Part shown: positions 58,993 through 64,000 of the stretch, piece by piece | Position numbering within the stretch: position 1 is the stretch's first letter | How the letters are laid out: each line of letters opens with the position of its first letter | From: an uncultured beta proteobacterium | GTDB lineage: Bacteria; Pseudomonadota; Gammaproteobacteria; Burkholderiales; Burkholderiaceae_B | Reading direction: 5' to 3' | DNA length: 64,000 nt | Assembly: GCA_903932425.1 (NCBI GenBank) | Contig: CAIZGG010000282.1 | Coordinates: 4,049-68,048, forward strand | The notes under the pieces: model-generated | Databases searched by the model: none | Told to the model about the DNA's origin: nothing | The model's input: the letters and a program-made list of their open reading frames with translations, nothing else | Program-made: the position numbers and the translations under genes

Positions 58993-60203
58993 ATTTGAAC
59001 GAACAACAACTCTCGTTTGCTTCGACGCGTTTGCGTTGGTCTGGTCGCTTGTTCATCAAACTTTTGAAGCGCCTGACGCACGGCTCGCTCAAGCTTGTCG
59101 ATCCGCAGGGTTCAAGCCTGCATTTCGGACAGACTTCCACAAGTTTGCATGCAGAACTGCATATTCATGACTGGCGCGCAGCGGGTTTGATATTGCGACA
59201 GGGGGACGTTGGCTTTGCCGAAAGTTTGCGGCGTGGCTGGGTAGATTCGCCGAACCTATTGGCGTTGTTTACGCTGGCGATGCGCAACGAGCAAGTGTCT
59301 GAAGCGGTCGACGGGCACTGGTGGGCCTTGGTGCTTAAAAAGCTGTCGCACTGGGTGTTAAAGGACAATAGCCGCCGCGGTAGCCGACGAAATATCCTCA
59401 GCCACTACGATGTCGGTAATTCGTTTTATCGACTCTGGCTCGATCCTTCCATGACGTATTCGTCGGCCTGGTTTGAAGGGGATTTGACGCGTACGCTGCA
59501 GGCCGCGCAAGACGCTAAATACGACCGCATCTTGAATCAACTGCAGGCGACACCCGGGCAAACCGTGCTTGAAGTTGGCTGTGGGTGGGGCGGCTTCGCC
59601 GAGCGCGCAGCGCGTCGAGGTTTAAACGTTGTTGGCATTACGCTGTCAGATGCTCAGCTTGAATGGGGCAAGCAACGCATGATCGCTGCAGGCTTGCAGC
59701 AACAAGTTGATTTGCGCCTGCAAGATTACCGTGATGTACCTGAACGCTACGATCACATTGTGTCGATTGAAATGTTCGAGGCTGTCGGGTTGCTGCATTG
59801 GCCCAGTTACTTCCAAATGCTTGCGCGTTGCCTGAAGTCTGGGGGGCGCGCTGTTGTGCAAACGATTGATATCGTCGATCAGCGCTTTGATGCGTACCGA
59901 CGAGGCACCGATTTTATTCAACAGTTTATTTTTCCGGGTGGCATGTTGCCCAGCCCGACACGCTTTAAAAAGGACTGTGAAGCCGCTGGATTGCATGTTC
60001 ACGAAACGCTGTCGTTCGGTCTAGATTATGCCGAAACACTGAAGCGTTGGGCCCAGCAGTTTGAGCAGTCGATCTCAGCGATTCGCGAGCAGGGTTACGA
60101 CGATGCGTTTATCCGTATCTGGAGAATGTATCTTGCTTACTGTGAGGCAGGTTTCAGAGAACAACGAACGGATGTCAAACAATGGACGCTATGCGCAAAC
60201 TGA
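58989..60203 (+). CDS. Cyclopropane-fatty-acyl-phospholipid synthase family SAM methyltransferase (Cfa/UfaM-like)
   Basis: HYDVGNSFY..WLDPSMTYS, EVGCGWG, SIEMFEAVG, IFPGG, YLAYCEAGF. Confidence 0.92.
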   Translation: MNLNEQQLSFASTRLRWSGRLFIKLLKRLTHGSLKLVDPQGSSLHFGQTSTSLHAELHIHDWRAAGLILRQGDVGFAESLRRGWVDSPNLLALFTLAMRNEQVSEAVDGHWWALVLKKLSHWVLKDNSRRGSRRNILSHYDVGNSFYRLWLDPSMTYSSAWFEGDLTRTLQAAQDAKYDRILNQLQATPGQTVLEVGCGWGGFAERAARRGLNVVGITLSDAQLEWGKQRMIAAGLQQQVDLRLQDYRDVPERYDHIVSIEMFEAVGLLHWPSYFQMLARCLKSGGRAVVQTIDIVDQRFDAYRRGTDFIQQFIFPGGMLPSPTRFKKDCEAAGLHVHETLSFGLDYAETLKRWAQQFEQSISAIREQGYDDAFIRIWRMYLAYCEAGFREQRTDVKQWTLCAN

Positions 60204-60697
60204 TCTTTGGCTGCTTGATCTTTATTGGACTGCAAGGCGCTGTGCTGGCGAATGGTGCACCACCGGATTTGCCGGATGCTCAAGTGGTCGGGCAGGGGCA
60301 GTTCAGTCGTTTTGGCTTCTCAGTGTATGAAGCCCGGCTTTGGGCGCCTTCAGGACGCTACGCGCCGGAGCGCCCCTTTGCCTTGTCACTCACGTATTCT
60401 CGATCAATCGCAGGTGACCGCTTGGTGCAAGCCTCTGTCGATGAAATGCAAAAGCTGCAGGTACCTTCGGCTGACAGGCAAGATTGGCGTGCAGACCTAG
60501 GGCGCGTCTTGCCTGATGTTGTCCCGGGCGACTCAATCACCGCGGTGTATCAGCCTGGACAAGGCGCGGTCTTTTTTCATCGTGACAGACCGACCGGGCG
60601 AATCAATGACGAGCTAGCCAGGCACTTCTTCGGAATTTGGCTTGATCCACGCACAAGTGAACCGACTTTGCGTCAAGCCTTGTTAGGCACCCAATAG
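60191..60697 (+). CDS. Chalcone-isomerase-fold protein with a signal peptide
   Basis: MRKLIFGCLIFIGLQGAVLA, G.F..FGFSVY.A.L, FFGIWLDPRTSEP.LRQALLG. Confidence 0.82.
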   Translation: MRKLIFGCLIFIGLQGAVLANGAPPDLPDAQVVGQGQFSRFGFSVYEARLWAPSGRYAPERPFALSLTYSRSIAGDRLVQASVDEMQKLQVPSADRQDWRADLGRVLPDVVPGDSITAVYQPGQGAVFFHRDRPTGRINDELARHFFGIWLDPRTSEPTLRQALLGTQ

Positions 60698-61971
60698 TGA
60701 ATAAGCGTCATCTGCTTGCCTATGCGATGCTCAGTTTGCCGCTGGCCATGTCGATGATGCCGATTTATATGATCTCGCCCAAGTTTTACGGCGATGTCTT
60801 GGGACTTGAATTAGCTGCGTTAGGAGCTGTTTTGTTTTTAACGCGCCTGCTTGATACTGCACAAGATCCTCTGATCGGTCGCTTGGTCGACGCCACGCAA
60901 CGCAGAGCACGTGGGTGGTCGAGTTTGATGCTGGGGGCGACGTGTCTATTGGCGACAGGTTTTGTGTTGTTGTTTACGCCTCCGGCATGGTCGCAAACAG
61001 GGTTGCTTTTTTGGCTGGCTGGGTCGCTTGTGTTGGTGTACGGCGCGCATAGCGTCTTGAGTGTTTGTTACCTGACTTGGGGGGCGCGGCTGACCGATGA
61101 CGTGACCGGGCGTGCGCAAGTGACCGCCTGGCGTGAAGCCTTTGGTCTGGTGGGTGTGGTCGTAGCGTCGGTCTTGCCTGCGGTATGGGTCGAACAGCAG
61201 GGCGCGCGCGTGGGTTATCAGTGGTTTGCGTGGTTGTTTGCTGCCTTGTTGTTCGTCTCGCTTGGTTGCACATTGCGTTGGTCTCCGACGCCCAAGTTGC
61301 TCAGCCACCAAGGCCGACAAAATTTGCGTGAAGCGCTTGCTCCAACCGCGGTGCGACGCATACTGTGGTTTTATTTATTTAACGCCATTTCGGTCGCGGT
61401 GCCTGCCACGCTCGTCTTGTTTTTTATTGACGATGTCGTACAGTCACCGAGCTATGCAGGGCTTTTTTTAGGGCTTTATTTTTGTGCTGGGATGCTTGCC
61501 TTGCCTGTCTGGGTGATCCTTGCTGCGCGTTTCGGTAAATCGCGGGCCTGGTTGGCGGGCAGTGGCTTGGCGGCGGTGTCTTTACTGTGTACCTGTTGGG
61601 TGGGTTCAGGCGACATATTTTTTTACGCGGCGATCTGCGTGATGGCGGGTGCAGGTCTTGGTGCGGACGTGGCGTTACCCCCCGCGATGCTGGCAGACGC
61701 GATTCCTTCCACGCACCGCCAAAGTACTGGTCTGTATTTCGGGATCTGGGTGCTGCTTGGAAAACTCGCTTTAGCGCTCGCCGCTGGGCTCGCCTTGCCA
61801 GCTTTGCAAGCCTTTAACTATCGGCCAGGAAATCCAGAATCGACTCTGGCCTTGACTCTGCTTTATGCCCTGTTGCCCTTGCTTTTTAAGGGCCTGGCAC
61901 TCGTGGTGTTGTTCTCGCAGTCTCCGTGTTTTTCTTTGGCGCGAGTTTGGTCTCGCAAGGAATCGTCATGA
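60697..61971 (+). CDS. MFS_2/GPH-family transporter
   Basis: RLLDTAQDPLIG, R..VTAWRE, PAMLAD, GLYFG.W..GK; 12-TM pattern. Confidence 0.85.
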   Translation: MNKRHLLAYAMLSLPLAMSMMPIYMISPKFYGDVLGLELAALGAVLFLTRLLDTAQDPLIGRLVDATQRRARGWSSLMLGATCLLATGFVLLFTPPAWSQTGLLFWLAGSLVLVYGAHSVLSVCYLTWGARLTDDVTGRAQVTAWREAFGLVGVVVASVLPAVWVEQQGARVGYQWFAWLFAALLFVSLGCTLRWSPTPKLLSHQGRQNLREALAPTAVRRILWFYLFNAISVAVPATLVLFFIDDVVQSPSYAGLFLGLYFCAGMLALPVWVILAARFGKSRAWLAGSGLAAVSLLCTCWVGSGDIFFYAAICVMAGAGLGADVALPPAMLADAIPSTHRQSTGLYFGIWVLLGKLALALAAGLALPALQAFNYRPGNPESTLALTLLYALLPLLFKGLALVVLFSQSPCFSLARVWSRKESS

Positions 61972-62516
61972 AAATAAAAGCCTTACTTGCTTCAGCGACC
62001 GCAGCGTTCTTGACTGCCTGTGGCAGTGTCGATGTTGCCCATTACGCAGCCGAAAAGCCCACGCTTGAACTATCGAGTTTTTTTACCGGTACGATTGACG
62101 CATGGGGTATCTTTCAAAAGCGTAGTGGCGAGGTGGCGCGTCGCTTCAACGTTGAAATTCAGGCTAGCTGGGCCAACCCCAATGAAGGTACTCTGGATGA
62201 ACGTTTCACCTACTCGGATGGTGAAAAGCAAAGGCGTGTCTGGACGCTGAAACGCCAGCCTGACGGCAGCTGGCAAGGCACGGCCGATGACGTTGTTGGA
62301 TTTGCTACAGGTCGTGTTGCCGGAAACGCACTGCGCTGGACCTATGTCATGAGGTTGCCAGTAGACGGCAAAGAATATTTGGTCGATTTTGATGACTGGA
62401 TGTGGCAAATGGACGACGCTTCAATGATGAACCGTTCGACGATGTCAAAGTTTGGTGTTGACCTCGGCGAAGTGACTCTGTTTTTTCGAAAGCGTGGTGC
62501 ACCTAACCCTTCCTGA
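61968..62516 (+). CDS. DUF3833 lipoprotein
   Basis: Lipobox LTAC, FF.G..AWG.FQ, LDERF.YSDG, FDDWMW, SKFG. Confidence 0.85.
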   Translation: MKIKALLASATAAFLTACGSVDVAHYAAEKPTLELSSFFTGTIDAWGIFQKRSGEVARRFNVEIQASWANPNEGTLDERFTYSDGEKQRRVWTLKRQPDGSWQGTADDVVGFATGRVAGNALRWTYVMRLPVDGKEYLVDFDDWMWQMDDASMMNRSTMSKFGVDLGEVTLFFRKRGAPNPS

Positions 62517-62599
62517 CAAAAATAAAAACGGATAGGTCACTGATCTTTTGGTTCAGGATGCAACTCTTTCTTTATTAGCCCTTTAATTCTTCGTTGACG

Positions 62600-63376
62600 A
62601 TGAAACCACTAAATGCACCGATCACCTCTTGGGTGGGTAAACGGATCTGGCTTGTCGGAGCGTCAAGCGGTATTGGCGCGGCGTTAGCGCAGGCGCTCTT
62701 GGCGGCTGGGGCCAGCGTGGCCTTGTCGGCACGCCGGGCCGAGCAACTGGCGAACGTCGCGGCGCCTTATGCAAACGCTTGTGTGGTCCCGTTTGATGTC
62801 ACAGATACGCAAGCTTGGCCCGTTGCTTTAGCAACTGTCCAAGAGCGTCTGGGTCAAATAGACTTGGTGATCCTGGGCGCTGCTCGCTATGATCCAACAC
62901 ACAGTTGGCAAATTGATATTGAGCAGGCTCAGAAAAGTTTTGATCTCAACGTTGTGAGCGTCTATCGAGGGTTATCGGTCGTAGTGCCTCAATTATTGGC
63001 CCAAGGACACGGTGGGGTGTCTTTAATCGGCAGCATCTCTGGTTATACGGGTTTGCCTCGCGCGTTGATTTACGGTGCGACCAAGGCTGCGTTACAAAAT
63101 TTGTGCGAAACGCTGTATTTTGAATTGGCACCCAAGGGTCTTGGGGTGTATCTGATTAACCCGGGTTTTGTGCAAACACCCATGACGTCAGCCAATGATT
63201 TTGAAATGCCTGGTTTGATGACGCCTGAGGCGGCCGCACGTGCAATCATGCTTGGGTTCGAGCGTGGTCAATTTGAAATTCGTTTTCCGAAGGCTTTTTC
63301 ACTTGCGCTGCGTTTGATCAGTATGCTGCCAGATCGCTTGCGGTTCTTTCTCTTACACAAGACGACAAAAATGTGA
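62600..63376 (+). CDS. Short-chain dehydrogenase/reductase
   Basis: GASSGIG, YGATK, NPGFVQTP. Confidence 0.9.
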   Translation: MKPLNAPITSWVGKRIWLVGASSGIGAALAQALLAAGASVALSARRAEQLANVAAPYANACVVPFDVTDTQAWPVALATVQERLGQIDLVILGAARYDPTHSWQIDIEQAQKSFDLNVVSVYRGLSVVVPQLLAQGHGGVSLIGSISGYTGLPRALIYGATKAALQNLCETLYFELAPKGLGVYLINPGFVQTPMTSANDFEMPGLMTPEAAARAIMLGFERGQFEIRFPKAFSLALRLISMLPDRLRFFLLHKTTKM

Positions 63377-63810
63377 TGACAGATTTTCACGCGCGCTTTG
63401 ACGAGTTGGCAGAATGGTTTGAAACGCTGACGCCCGCCACGCTAGAGCGCATCGACAAAATATATGACCAGACAGCCACGTTTAGAGATCCCTTTAACCA
63501 AGTGGCGGGTGTTGCATCAATTCGGCAGATTTATCAGCACATGTTTGAGCAGTTAAGTGCGCCGAGATTTGTCATCACCACCAAAGTTGTCGAGGCGGCT
63601 GGCGCGTTTATGACATGGCAGTTTCTCTTTGCCTTGCGTGGCAAAGCTTATGTTATTGAAGGTGGCACGTATTTCAGTCTGAATCAGCAAGGTCTGATCG
63701 TTTTGCACCGAGACTATTGGGATGCTGCGCAAGAGCTCTACGAAAAGATCCCTGTCTTAGGCGCAGTCTTGCGTCTGTTACGACGAAAGCTCTCGACTTC
63801 GATCGCTTAG
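63376..63810 (+). CDS. NTF2/SnoaL-like protein
   Basis: Y..A.FRDPF, HRDYWD, YEKIP.LG. Confidence 0.85.
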   Translation: MTDFHARFDELAEWFETLTPATLERIDKIYDQTATFRDPFNQVAGVASIRQIYQHMFEQLSAPRFVITTKVVEAAGAFMTWQFLFALRGKAYVIEGGTYFSLNQQGLIVLHRDYWDAAQELYEKIPVLGAVLRLLRRKLSTSIA

Positions 63811-64000
63811 TCGTCGCGGTCAGCGATGAGTGGTTCAAAACGAACCTCTACCCGTGTTCCACCTTTAGCCAAGGTGGTTTGAAGCGGATCCAAAAGGTGG
63901 ATGCTCGCACCATGTTGGGTTGCGATTTCGCGCACAATGGCCAGACCCAAGCCGCTTCCATCTGTTTTTGTACCTAACACTCGATAAAACCGGTCAAATA
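63807..64000 (-). CDS. Sensor histidine kinase, C-terminal HATPase fragment (5' part outside the window)
   Basis: Manual translation: FDRFYRVLGTKTDGSGLGLAIVREIATQHGASIHL..GGTRVEVRF..DRDD*. Confidence 0.85.
   Translation of the reverse strand, partial: FDRFYRVLGTKTDGSGLGLAIVREIATQHGASIHLLDPLQTTLAKGGTRVEVRFEPLIADRDD

Overview
A gene-dense chromosomal segment with moderate GC (roughly mid-50s % by eye). It most likely comes from a betaproteobacterium of the Alcaligenaceae/Burkholderiales type, judging from four Bug/TctC solute-binding genes, rdgC and a GTP-dependent PEP carboxykinase. Most of the content is accessory catabolism and transport: an acyl-CoA pathway with a Cys-less thiolase/DUF35 pair, galactarate and D-tartrate dehydratases, a TfdA-like dioxygenase, M81/M20/M14 hydrolases, an LLM monooxygenase with a cyclase, an EmrAB-TolC-type pump, and a sigma54/NtrC-type ABC importer. 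The window ends in a nine-gene, TetR-linked cluster resembling the furan/methylated fatty-acid pathway. Points that automatic annotation would miss: three disrupted genes (MBOAT with an internal deletion, tarD with a -1 G in a homopolymer, and a secreted triple Cys-repeat protein with a frameshift); two unrelated 21-22-bp-period ABAB repeat arrays upstream of pckG and pyk; a loop-less 28-bp palindrome; and a signal-peptide-bearing SAM methyltransferase coupled to an APC permease. I saw no rRNA, tRNA, CRISPR, IS or phage genes. All calls come from reading motifs and recalling families; no database searches were run.
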